This document shows, piece after piece, positions 10,357 through 19,645 of a stretch of 64,000 bases of DNA (positions are counted from its first letter, which is position 1; each line of letters opens with the position of its first letter). The DNA lies in IMG/VR virus record IMGVR_UViG_3300009594_000001; one strand, written 5' to 3'. The notes below the pieces were generated by a model. It saw nothing but the letters and a program-made list of their open reading frames with translations. It made no database searches and was not told the origin of the DNA. The DNA is from a virus. Lineage: Duplodnaviria > Heunggongvirae > Uroviricota > Caudoviricetes. The translations under genes and the position numbers were made by a program.

Positions 10357-12282
10357 ATGTCCAAGAAGCTAGGTATGGGGAAGGGCCGTCATCACGAGGC
10401 CGTTACCCACGAGAAGGTCTACAGTGAGACTGTAGCCCACAAGCATGTTCCGGGCCGTGCGTACACCCACGACGACCCGACCGTGAAGCTCATCACCATG
10501 ATCGGTGGTGGGTTCTTCAACGAACCAAAGTATTACGACACCAACCGTCCGACTGTAGACTTCTACCGTGAACTGCGGGAGAAGGGCTGCATTTCGTCCG
10601 TCATCACGGACGCAATGGGTCTGTCCGAGCAGGCTCGTGAAGTCATTGAGACAGCACACAAGGTCGCTCAGGGTCCGAACCCGGAAGACCTACTCGTGAT
10701 CGCTGCCTGGGCACGAGACACCAAGAAGGGTCTCAAGCTGCGGTACACGCCGCAGATCATGCTCGCCCTGGCTGCGGCCAACGAGAAGACTAAGCCGTTC
10801 GTTCCTGTATACTCCACGGCTATCATCCAGCGTGCGGACGAAATCCGTAGTGTGTTCGCTGCGTTCCGTCATCTGTTCCACACGAAGGACACCGGCACTG
10901 GTCTGTACAAGGGCACGATCCCGCACTCTCTCCGTAAGGCTCTGGCTCTTGCCTTTGCCGAGGAGGGACTGTACGGCCTCATCAAGTACAACACCGACGA
11001 CCGCCCGACGTTCGGCGATGTACTGCTGATGCTTCGTGGCAGCGACATCGGGAAGTATCTGGAGAAGCGAATCGGCAAGAGCCGCCAGCACTGGCCGGTC
11101 AGCAAGTCCATGTTCGAGTACCTTGTCAACGGCAAGGTCGGCGAGGATGCTCCGAAGATGTTGAAGCTGCGTGAACAGTTCTTCAAGCTGAAGAAGGTCG
11201 AGGAAGTTACACCGAAACTCCTAGAGGGTGCCGGTTTGACCTGGGAAAACGTTATCTCTCATTTCGGCTCCACCAAAGAAGCCTGGGAGATGTGTATTCC
11301 GCTCATGGCGGAAATGGCCCTGGTCCGCAACCTCCGTAACTTCGAGAAGGTCAGTATCAGCAAGGATGCGTGGGATAAGGTACACGCCAAGTGTACTTCG
11401 ATCATGGACACCGAGCAGCTTCCGTTCCGCTTCTTCTCCGCTGAGAAGCAGGTTGGCAGCACGAATGCCAAGAGCGTCACGGACGCTATGCTGGACAACG
11501 CCTGCATGAACGTGCCGGACCTTCCGGGTGTGACTGTCATTTTCACCGACAACTCTGGCTCTGCTACCGGCTGTGCCGTTAGCGGTAAGAGCAAGATGCG
11601 TGTCGCTGACGCTGGCAACACCCTGGGTGCGATCATCGCCAAGCGGTTTGGCCGTAGGGCCATGATGGGTGTCTTCGGAGACTGCCTGATCTGGGTGCCG
11701 TTCAGCCCAAGCGACTCCTGCATGGCAATCAAGAAGTACATCGACCAGTGTGCCCAGAGCGGCGACCGTGGCAAGCTGAAGGCTCTTACCGTGATGAGCG
11801 GTAAGTACGATATCCTCACCGGGTCTAGCGGTCGCTACGGCGGCGGCGTCGGTGGTGGTACGGAGACGGGTCTGTGGTGCGGTATCCATGACCTTACCGA
11901 GAGGAAGGTCCATGTAGACCGTATCATCATCTGCTCCGACTTCTGCTGCTACACCAAGGGCGATGCTGTGAACTGTGGCCACGATATGACCCGTTGCTTC
12001 GGCGAGGGTGGTGACAAGGCCACGATTCAGAGCATGATCGAGAAGTACCGGAAGAAGGTCAACCCGAACTGCTGGGTCCACAGTATTGACCTACAGGGCT
12101 ATGGTCAGGCCCAGATCAAGTCGGGTTCCAAGAAGGCCCAGTTACTCAGCGGTTGGAGCGAGCAGGTGTTCACTCTGATCCGTGCAGTCGAACTCGGCGA
12201 CGAGCAGGTACAGCAGGTTCAGGGTGAGCCGGTCGAAGTTCCGACCATCGAATTGCTACGCAAGATGTACAAGCGGTCGTAG
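10357..12282 (+). CDS. rsr: Ro60-like protein (TROVE helical domain plus vWA domain)
   Basis: N-terminal helical region with Ro60-like motifs IGGGFFNEPKYY and QIMLALAAA. C-terminal vWA MIDAS motif VIFTDNSGSATG with downstream Thr and Asp (IIICSDF). 641 aa. Confidence 0.55.
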   Translation: MSKKLGMGKGRHHEAVTHEKVYSETVAHKHVPGRAYTHDDPTVKLITMIGGGFFNEPKYYDTNRPTVDFYRELREKGCISSVITDAMGLSEQAREVIETAHKVAQGPNPEDLLVIAAWARDTKKGLKLRYTPQIMLALAAANEKTKPFVPVYSTAIIQRADEIRSVFAAFRHLFHTKDTGTGLYKGTIPHSLRKALALAFAEEGLYGLIKYNTDDRPTFGDVLLMLRGSDIGKYLEKRIGKSRQHWPVSKSMFEYLVNGKVGEDAPKMLKLREQFFKLKKVEEVTPKLLEGAGLTWENVISHFGSTKEAWEMCIPLMAEMALVRNLRNFEKVSISKDAWDKVHAKCTSIMDTEQLPFRFFSAEKQVGSTNAKSVTDAMLDNACMNVPDLPGVTVIFTDNSGSATGCAVSGKSKMRVADAGNTLGAIIAKRFGRRAMMGVFGDCLIWVPFSPSDSCMAIKKYIDQCAQSGDRGKLKALTVMSGKYDILTGSSGRYGGGVGGGTETGLWCGIHDLTERKVHVDRIIICSDFCCYTKGDAVNCGHDMTRCFGEGGDKATIQSMIEKYRKKVNPNCWVHSIDLQGYGQAQIKSGSKKAQLLSGWSEQVFTLIRAVELGDEQVQQVQGEPVEVPTIELLRKMYKRS

Positions 12283-12313
12283 TTCATCCCGAAAGGGACC
12301 GATACGACCCGAA

Positions 12314-12344
12314 CGCCCAGCCCGCAAGGGCTGGGCGTTTTCTT
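12314..12344 (+). terminator. rho-independent terminator
   Basis: gcccagccc-gcaa-gggctgggc followed by a T-run. Confidence 0.7.
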
Positions 12345-12363
12345 TGGTAGATAAGTTCTATTC

Positions 12364-12669
12364 TTGCATTACAATGGACCCATGAAACGGTACGGGCGGT
12401 TCCCCTTGGAAGACGTGCTGAAGCACATCGGAAAAACTCACGCCAAGTGTGAAACCAGGGTCGGCGTGGTCTTTTCGGCCTACTCCTTCCCAGGTCATCA
12501 GGTGAAACTAGATTGGATTAAGTCGGATGACTTGAATGGATACGAAGACAACTTTGGCAACTGGTACAGATGGGAGGAACATGGCATGGAACGGTGGTTG
12601 TGTCCGGCTTTGTTCAAGTATTTCATGGAAGCACCGAAGCAATTATACGTGAGCTTGGTCAAACCATGA
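12364..12669 (+). CDS. hypothetical protein (101 aa)
   Basis: ORF. Confidence 0.4.
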   Translation: MHYNGPMKRYGRFPLEDVLKHIGKTHAKCETRVGVVFSAYSFPGHQVKLDWIKSDDLNGYEDNFGNWYRWEEHGMERWLCPALFKYFMEAPKQLYVSLVKP

Positions 12670-13051
12670 TCGCTGAGTGTGTACCAAGTTGTTTGTCCGA
12701 CATGCCAGGAAGAGGTCATCGTCCGTGACTCTCTAGATACGGCGGCGGGGCGGTATTGTCCGTCATGCAAGAACAAACTGCCAGGACAACATTTCGTAGC
12801 AAGGGAATGACTTTGTAAAAGAGCCGTTCCTTGTTTTTCATTCGATTGTGATGATTGTGGGCTGGAGAACGTAAGTTTCGAGAAACCGGAAAAATGCGTT
12901 CACTGCGGGGCTACTCTCTGTAGTTCGGGTTGTGTAGATACTTGTTCCTAGCTCGCACGTAAACGTATTTGTAGACCGATGGTGCGTCAGCGGTGCTTCC
13001 TTGCCAGACATCGACGTGATGCGGGTTGAGGCCCAATCGCTTCGGGTCTAC

Positions 13052-13408
13052 CTAGCCGCTTGGTTGAGCAGCCTTAGTTGGCGATTGGACGGCAGGCGGC
13101 GTGTATCTGCCCACTTCGCCTTTGGCGGCACTAACAGGACTTCTTCTAAATAGGTAGACGTTGATGGCACCACTAACGACATCGTAAATGTCGTTGGGGT
13201 TGGTTGCGCCCCTTTTCAACACACTTTCTTTGGCAAGCTGGATGAACGGTTCAAGGTCTTCTTTGCCTAGCTGGTTGTACTGATCGGGGTTCTGTTCAGC
13301 GAATCTTTCGAGAGCCTGTACAATCATGTCGTCGCTAACGCTTTCTAGAAAGCGATGGATCGACACTGCGGCAGATTCGGTGAGCCATTTTGTAAATTCC
13401 AGTTTCAT
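13052..13408 (-). CDS. hypothetical protein (118 aa)
   Basis: ORF on the minus strand. Confidence 0.45.
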   Translation of the reverse strand: MKLEFTKWLTESAAVSIHRFLESVSDDMIVQALERFAEQNPDQYNQLGKEDLEPFIQLAKESVLKRGATNPNDIYDVVSGAINVYLFRRSPVSAAKGEVGRYTPPAVQSPTKAAQPSG

Positions 13409-13440
13409 GCATTATTTAGCATTCCCCCTCGAAAAACCTA

Positions 13441-13469
13441 TTGACACTTGAAGGCGAGGATGCTATCAT
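13441..13469 (+). promoter_or_regulatory. sigma-70-like promoter TTGACA-17-TATCAT
   Basis: Consensus -35, 17-nt spacer, good -10; precedes a structured leader. Confidence 0.55.
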
Positions 13470-13763
13470 AACTGTCGTTGTGGGAAGGAATGAGGATCAG
13501 GCCACATGTGATTTGGCGATCCTCAGCCTGATCCAATTTCTCCCACAACGCTGGCTGGTAGCTTAGGGTAAAGCACTTCAGGAAGCCGCAAGGTGGACTG
13601 ATGGGATGTCAGGTTCAATTTCCTGGCCCAGCCGCTAGCGGGAACGGGTCGAGATTCTATAGTTACAAAGAAACGGCGACTAAATAGAAGATCAGCAATT
13701 TCGAGTTTTCACACTAAAATGGCGTCCCATTGACTCGTTCCCGTTTCCTAGAACAAGGAGTGC

Positions 13764-14309
13764 ATGATGCGGGTCACAGGCTATCAGATTCGTGAGGCGA
13801 TCAATCGCTGGTCGATTCGCAAGACGGTCATCCACAAACAATTCAACGAGTCGGTCTGGGCCTTCCAGGGCGAAGAGAAGCAGAAGCCCCAGGAGATCGT
13901 GGAATTGATGGCACAGGCCAATCGGACCTGGGCACGCCTCAAGGAAATCCAACAGTTCTACAACCGCACCGTCACGCTGACCCACGGCGGTCAGTCCATC
14001 TCTCTCTGTCTCGCCGTGCAGATGTTGCCCGGCCTGGGCCAGATCGAGAAGATGTATCGTGATGCTTCAACCAACACCAGGTGGGATCGCTACAGCAGCT
14101 ACGACTGCCAGCACAGCCGGTCGAAGGATAGCGAGTACGCCACTCGCCAGATCACCATGAAGGACGCCCTCGCCAAAGTCGAGGAGTCCAGTCGTTCGGC
14201 CTCCAGTCTCCGCAACGCCATCGCCAGGGCGAATACGCAGGAGATCGAGATCGGAACGTCGAACACGGTTCAAATCACCCAGGAGGAATATCGGCTGCTC
14301 TTCGAGTAG
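13764..14309 (+). CDS. hypothetical protein (181 aa)
   Basis: ORF with RBS aaggag. Confidence 0.5.
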   Translation: MMRVTGYQIREAINRWSIRKTVIHKQFNESVWAFQGEEKQKPQEIVELMAQANRTWARLKEIQQFYNRTVTLTHGGQSISLCLAVQMLPGLGQIEKMYRDASTNTRWDRYSSYDCQHSRSKDSEYATRQITMKDALAKVEESSRSASSLRNAIARANTQEIEIGTSNTVQITQEEYRLLFE

Positions 14310-14829
14310 TCGGTAGGAATTCTGCGTGGGCGGCAGGGCCAATATCTTTTACCAACGAGAGTAGGTGGAAGCTGAACTAGGGACGCCTCTGCATCGTGTT
14401 CCTCCACGGACCTGTACTCAGTGGCAGGGTGCCGTGGCTTCGAGAGTTAGAGTAGCAAGAATGTCCCGGTTAAGGCCCTCCTTAGTCTTGTTCCTGCCGT
14501 TTTTACTCTGTTAATCGAGACAAAACGGGAAGCGATAACCTGACGAGGGCACCGTGCTGGTGGGTAACAAAGGGCGTCGGCCCTGGGAAACGATCCCGGA
14601 AAACGCCAGATAGACGACTGACATGGGTAGACCCAGCCGGGGCAGAGCAAGTCCCGGCTGGGTTTTTCATCTCTACTCACTTTACAGCGAGCTTTCCATA
14701 CCATATAATGCCGGGCATGAAGGAGCATCCCGATGGGACTGGATTGGGCGGACAAAGAATACATCGAGGGGTCTACTTGGACGGAAGGCGAGGGAGACTC
14801 CTACGGCAATTGCTGCCAGAGTGAGTTCC

Positions 14830-15441
14830 ATGCCCCTAGCGGTAAAAAGAAGGTCCGAGGTACTACCAAGCAGGCCCCGTCTGGTAGTCGTAGAAAAGCC
14901 TCCGACTGTTGAGGAACATATAGGGCTTGCAAGGGACATTGCTTTACGTTATACTCCACGTCATCAAGAAGTGGAGGATACGGAACAGTATTCCGACGCA
15001 CTTCTAGGTTTACTCAAGGCGTGCCGTAGTTACACGTCTAGTCTTGGGTTTACCTTTGCTACCTGGGCGACTAAGTGCATCAACAACGAAATCTGGTTGG
15101 GGTACAGAAAACGATCCAGGCAGAGTCCGGCCACTTGCGTTGAAGCAGGCGTACTCGAAAACTGCGAGTGCCCGGAAGCGTGCCACTGGCAGGCTCTAGA
15201 TATTTTGTTCGACCCGCATCCAGACGATACGGCTGCCGACCTTCGGAACAAAGAGGCATTGAGGCGTCATTACCTAGAAGGCGATACTTGGCAGGAGATT
15301 GGTTCCGGTATGGGCGTTACCAGAAATCGGGCTTACCAGTACGGCCAGGAGGCTATCGACCTTCTACGCACTAGGTATCCTGATCTTTGGGAGTCGTTCT
15401 ATGCAGAACATAGTAACCATTTTTTCCAACGGCATAGCTGA
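14830..15441 (+). CDS. sigma-70 family RNA polymerase sigma factor (second)
   Basis: Region 2 FTFATWATKCINNEIWLGY; region 4 HTH LEGDTWQEIGSGMGVTRNRAYQYGQEAIDLL. The ORF track start (14623) is probably too far upstream. Confidence 0.65.
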   Translation: MPLAVKRRSEVLPSRPRLVVVEKPPTVEEHIGLARDIALRYTPRHQEVEDTEQYSDALLGLLKACRSYTSSLGFTFATWATKCINNEIWLGYRKRSRQSPATCVEAGVLENCECPEACHWQALDILFDPHPDDTAADLRNKEALRRHYLEGDTWQEIGSGMGVTRNRAYQYGQEAIDLLRTRYPDLWESFYAEHSNHFFQRHS

Positions 15442-17419
15442 TTTTCGTCGTGTAGTCAAATCCAAGGCCGAGCCTCAAACGCTATCACTGCCCGTCAAAA
15501 AAGAGCATGTCGGCGATCTACTCGCAACGCTCACCCCTCTCGGCCCAATCAAGCTCCTTGAACCACCTTCCTACGAGCCTGACAACGACCAGCACTCGTT
15601 GGCGTTGAACCCCGCCGAAATCTATACCGATATGGCGGTCAAGCTGTCCGGTGCCAAGGTCCGGCTCATCAGGCTAGACGGTCAGAACATAGAGGGTCGT
15701 TTGGCCGGTCTTCATAGTTCTGAGTCTGTGGTTAACAATGAGATAGTCAAGACCAACTCAATCGTCGTTATCGATAGCGGCATATCGATTTTTACCCCTC
15801 TCGACAAGATAGCAAAACTGGTCTTCCTCGATGATGAAGTGAAGGCCGAGATCGCAAAGGCCCTGGAACGCAACTATCAAAAGATCAAGCCAGGGTCTAC
15901 TTTCGTGACCCTCAAGGTTCAGACCATCAACAAAGCAGAGGACGGCGTTCTGCAATACGCTCTCCCAGCAGCGGCTTGGAAGATCAGCTACCGCCTCCGT
16001 GATCCAGGCACCGGCAAGCTCACACTCGAAGGTCTGGCTATCGTGGACAATAATACTGATGAGGACTGGAATGACTTTGCTCTCTCGGTTGTGACCGGCG
16101 ATCCGATCACCTTCAGTACCGATTTGGCAGCAGTCAAGACACCACACCGTCAGCAAGTCAACTTCGTTGCCGACCAAGCCCAGGGAGCAGTTGTGGTCGG
16201 TCGTGAATTTGCTTCTTCACATTCTCATTCAAGACGTGCGATGACGAAAAGTGCAATGGCGTTCGCTGCCTGTGCAGCCCCCGCTGGCGGTGGTTTGGAG
16301 AGATCGGCAGACTATGAAGCAGACTATGAAGCAGAAAAGCTTGTTGGCGATGTGAACTACGCTTCGCTTCAATCCTTCAATCAATCAGCATTCGAGGCCA
16401 ATGCTGAGATCACCGAGGTAGGTGATTACTCTGTGTTCTCTGCCAAAGACCCTGTGACCATCGCCTCGAAGAAGTCTGCTCTGGTTCCAGTGTTTTCTCT
16501 ACAACTGAATGATGCCAAGAAGGTGCTTCACTATAAGAGGGCAAACGATGCCGAAAGAGCTTTCCGCTCAATTCTGTTCACGAACGAGAGCGAGTTCACC
16601 CTTGGCCGTGGACCTTGTACTGTAGTCGAGAAAAGCATCCACCAGGGCGAGGCTGACTTCCCTGCCAGCAAACCCGGCGAGAAGTCAGTAGTGCCCTACG
16701 CTCGTGATACAACTGTACGCTTCCTGCATCAGCAGGGTAGTATGAATCAGAAGCGTTCGTCTATCAGCACCAGTGACGGCGTGCTGAATATCAAAGTTGT
16801 CAACACTGTAGACGTAACCTATCGTCTTATCAACACCAGGGAAGAAGCCTTCCTCGTCAATTTGGACCACGATTTTGTTCTAGGCACCGAGGCCAAGGCA
16901 ACTGCTGTACTAGAACGGACTGATGACTCGAATGAAGAGTGGGAAAACACTTTCGCCGAGGAAGTATTGAAGACCGGACGTCGCTTTGAGTTTACGTTGC
17001 CTCCAAAGGGCAACCTGACGTTCACTGTGAAGGAGAATCAGGTCGTCGCCAACGAAATCAAGATCGGCAGCTATAGCACCCTTGTCAGTTATCTCAGCGG
17101 TACGAAGCTATTGGATAATCCAAGTGTGAAGAAGTGTGCTGAGATACAAGAAAAAATTGACGAGGCCGGAAAGAAGGGCGAGGCTCTGGAAACCGAACAC
17201 GAGAAAATCGACGCCCGCCAGGAACGTCTACGCAAGAATCTCACTGCTGGAGGCCACGACGAATCCACTGCGGAGTGGAAGAGTGAGTTGGCTAAGAATG
17301 AGAAGCGTTTGCAGGTTATCGAGGACAAAGAGCAACCTGAGTTGCAGAAGGAAATCGATAAGCTGCAAAAGGCTCTTAAAAAGGCTTTGAAGGAAGTCGA
17401 AGCTAGCTTGACGGAATAA
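15401..17419 (+). CDS. large hypothetical protein with C-terminal coiled coil
   Basis: 673 aa from ATG 15401 (track start 15299). C-terminal heptad-rich stretch EIQEKIDEAGKKGEALETEHEKIDARQERLRKNL... Confidence 0.5.
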   Translation: MQNIVTIFSNGIADFRRVVKSKAEPQTLSLPVKKEHVGDLLATLTPLGPIKLLEPPSYEPDNDQHSLALNPAEIYTDMAVKLSGAKVRLIRLDGQNIEGRLAGLHSSESVVNNEIVKTNSIVVIDSGISIFTPLDKIAKLVFLDDEVKAEIAKALERNYQKIKPGSTFVTLKVQTINKAEDGVLQYALPAAAWKISYRLRDPGTGKLTLEGLAIVDNNTDEDWNDFALSVVTGDPITFSTDLAAVKTPHRQQVNFVADQAQGAVVVGREFASSHSHSRRAMTKSAMAFAACAAPAGGGLERSADYEADYEAEKLVGDVNYASLQSFNQSAFEANAEITEVGDYSVFSAKDPVTIASKKSALVPVFSLQLNDAKKVLHYKRANDAERAFRSILFTNESEFTLGRGPCTVVEKSIHQGEADFPASKPGEKSVVPYARDTTVRFLHQQGSMNQKRSSISTSDGVLNIKVVNTVDVTYRLINTREEAFLVNLDHDFVLGTEAKATAVLERTDDSNEEWENTFAEEVLKTGRRFEFTLPPKGNLTFTVKENQVVANEIKIGSYSTLVSYLSGTKLLDNPSVKKCAEIQEKIDEAGKKGEALETEHEKIDARQERLRKNLTAGGHDESTAEWKSELAKNEKRLQVIEDKEQPELQKEIDKLQKALKKALKEVEASLTE

Positions 17420-17436
17420 CTCCGTTGAGTTCTAAT

Positions 17437-17470
17437 AGACGCCCGGTGATGAACCGGGCGTCTATTTTTG
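17437..17470 (+). terminator. rho-independent terminator
   Basis: agacgcccggt-gatga-accgggcgtct followed by a T-run. Confidence 0.7.
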
Positions 17471-17530
17471 GAGTCATCATGTCTGTAGAAAACACATTCT
17501 CTGGGATAGTGGTAAAAAAGCCCTTATGAT

Positions 17531-18555
17531 ATGCATGTGCATTTCAGGGATTACGATATGTTGGCAAAAGTGGCAGTGGAGACGGCGAACTGTTTTGCCG
17601 GGGCACTGGTCATGCCGAACCTCGTACAACCGGTTACTACGGTCGAGCAATGTTTGGGGTACTGTGATCGTATCAAGGCTATCACGGACAGGTGTAAGAA
17701 GTTTACCCCTTATATGACGCTCTACCTCCAGATCAATGACTTCTTCCAAGACAAAGACAAACTGAAGGCCGTCAAATTGCTGCACGGCGACTGCATTAAA
17801 GCATTCAAGTTCTACTCCAGAGGCATGACCACCAACAGCGATCATGGGGTTGATCTAAACGATCTCAATTTACTCAAGGTACTTGAGGCGATGTAGGAGG
17901 TCGGAATCATCCTTTGCGTCCACGGAGAGACGGACGGTTTTGTGATAGATCGAGAGATGGAATTTTGCGACCGCTACTATCGGTTCTGGGCCGAGAAGTT
18001 TTCAGGTCTCAAGATCGTCATGGAGCATATTACTACCGAAACAGCCGCACTTGTACTAGATGCCTATTCGCCACGATCACCGTTCATCATCTCTTCCTGA
18101 CGCTGGATAACGTGATCGGCGGTCTGATGCAACCTCACTTGTTTTGTAAACCAATTGTGAAACGCCCAGCAGATAGGGCCGCTCTTTAGAAGTTAGCGAT
18201 TGGGGTTCACCCCAAGGTGATGCTCGGCACCGACTCGGCCCCACATCCCAAGAATAAAAAGGAGTGTTCTGGTTGTGCGGCTGGCGTGTACACAGCCCCT
18301 TTTGCTTTGCCGCTCTTAGCTCAGTTCTATGAGTGCAAGAAACTAGATGGCACTCTTACCTTGAGCGTGGAGTACGCTCTACGCTAGTTCGCTTCCTCCA
18401 ACGCCAGGAAGATATACGATCTTCCCGATGTGTCCAAAGAAGTCTTCTTGATGAAGAGGAAACAAACGATTCCCACCGTCACCGTAGCCGGTGTGGTGCC
18501 CATGTGGGCAGGTGAAAAAATCGATTGGTTCGTGGAACACGTTCTGAAGAAGTAA
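17531..18555 (+). pseudogene. pyrC: dihydroorotase (pyrC, class II) pseudogene
   Basis: Collinear with E. coli PyrC by memory ([62 protein letters not shown]). One frameshift near 18070 and three in-frame TAG codons (17897, 18187, 18388). Confidence 0.7.
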
Positions 18556-18585
18556 AAACACCCGGCGTGGCCGGGTGTTTTTACT
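18553..18585. terminator. bidirectional hairpin terminator
   Basis: aaaacacccggc-gtg-gccgggtgtttt between convergent genes. Confidence 0.6.
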
Positions 18586-18949
18586 TCTTCAGAACCGCTT
18601 TCGCTGCTTTCACGAAATCGCTCTGATCTGCGGCCAAGAAACCGGTTTGATAGCCCGGCTCCTCGACGCCGGTGATGACCGGTGGTTGTGGTCTCGGCGG
18701 TGGTATCGTGTCAACAACGGTGAATGTCAAAGTTTCACCAGGATCAGACCTATTGCCGTTATTGTCGATGTCTATTAGCCAGAGCGAGATATTCGAGCCT
18801 TCGGTTAGGTCTAGGGTGAAATTCCGCAGGTCTGGGGTGAGGGTGTAAACCGTTTCGTTGCCGTCTACAATGACATGCAACTCTCTGGTTACTACATCAC
18901 CGGCCCCAGGTGCGGGTATAGACAGTGTATATCTGAGTTGATCGGCCAT
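18581..18949 (-). CDS. hypothetical protein (122 aa)
   Basis: ORF on the minus strand. Confidence 0.45.
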   Translation of the reverse strand: MADQLRYTLSIPAPGAGDVVTRELHVIVDGNETVYTLTPDLRNFTLDLTEGSNISLWLIDIDNNGNRSDPGETLTFTVVDTIPPPRPQPPVITGVEEPGYQTGFLAADQSDFVKAAKAVLKK

Positions 18950-19048
18950 AGCACTCCCTTCGATTTTTTCGATTTTACTTCTTTTTGGCCTGCGGGGTTT
19001 CTTGCGTTTAGGCTTCTGCTTGCCTCCAGTACCTATTCAGCTATGAGG

Positions 19049-19645
19049 TTACTTATCTGGCAGGCCGAACAACCCGCTATACAGCTTTTGTTCAAGGGCG
19101 GTCCAAACTGGGCTAGCGTTATAGATTGCACTCAGGTGATGACTCTTAAAGTATCTAGTCAGGTCGTGGTCATAACTATTGTGCGGCTTGGTTGGTAAGT
19201 TGAATATAGTATCAACTTGCTCTTTTGTAAGCTCGTGTTGGGTCTTCAGAAAACTATACAAATCTTCTCGTAGAAACTCCATTCTGATCCAGTGGGCTAT
19301 TTCAACGCCGCCGTCAAGCCACTTCTTTAATAACCGCTCTCCGTAGATGTGATGAACTAGTTCATTGGCTTCGTAATAGGGCCAGGGTTCTCCGAATTCA
19401 CCACCATGCAGATGGGAATGCCACATGGCACTTACTTCCCAAGTGGGGAGTCGTCTGATTCCCAGGACCAGCTTTCTACCATCTAGAACTCCAGCTTGTT
19501 TGAAGGTCTGATGTTTTTTGGGGTTATCTGCGGCATGATCTGGCACGATTACGCCGGGTAAACTCAGGGCTTTCATTATCTGTTTTACTGGGTCGCCTCC
19601 CGTTTTCTGGATATGCCCTATGATGTAGTTGGGTGCTAAGATCAT
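19049..19645 (-). CDS. sulfotransferase-family protein
   Basis: N-terminal PAPS-binding-like motif HIQKTGGD (cf. hIPKTGGT of the Sulfotransfer_2 family). 198 aa. Confidence 0.5.
   Translation of the reverse strand: MILAPNYIIGHIQKTGGDPVKQIMKALSLPGVIVPDHAADNPKKHQTFKQAGVLDGRKLVLGIRRLPTWEVSAMWHSHLHGGEFGEPWPYYEANELVHHIYGERLLKKWLDGGVEIAHWIRMEFLREDLYSFLKTQHELTKEQVDTIFNLPTKPHNSYDHDLTRYFKSHHLSAIYNASPVWTALEQKLYSGLFGLPDK

Noticed and set aside
10369-12081. Several minus-strand ORFs (up to 286 aa) inside the Ro60-like gene, and 7141..7743 / 8023..8541 inside ligA
   Set aside because: Typical antisense open frames of GC-rich coding sequence; the sense-strand genes have clear domain content.
12700-12960. 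Zinc-ribbon-like reading frame (FDCDDCG...CVHCGATLC)
   Set aside because: The frame has no ATG, GTG or TTG start after the upstream stop and no RBS; likely a gene remnant or chance.
17897-18390. Amber (TAG) codon reassignment suggested by three in-frame TAGs in pyrC
   Set aside because: TAG is the most frequent genuine stop codon of the intact genes (sigma factor, IF-1, thioredoxin, Ro60-like and others). No tRNA with a CTA anticodon was found, and the same gene also has a frameshift. Pseudogenisation explains it better.
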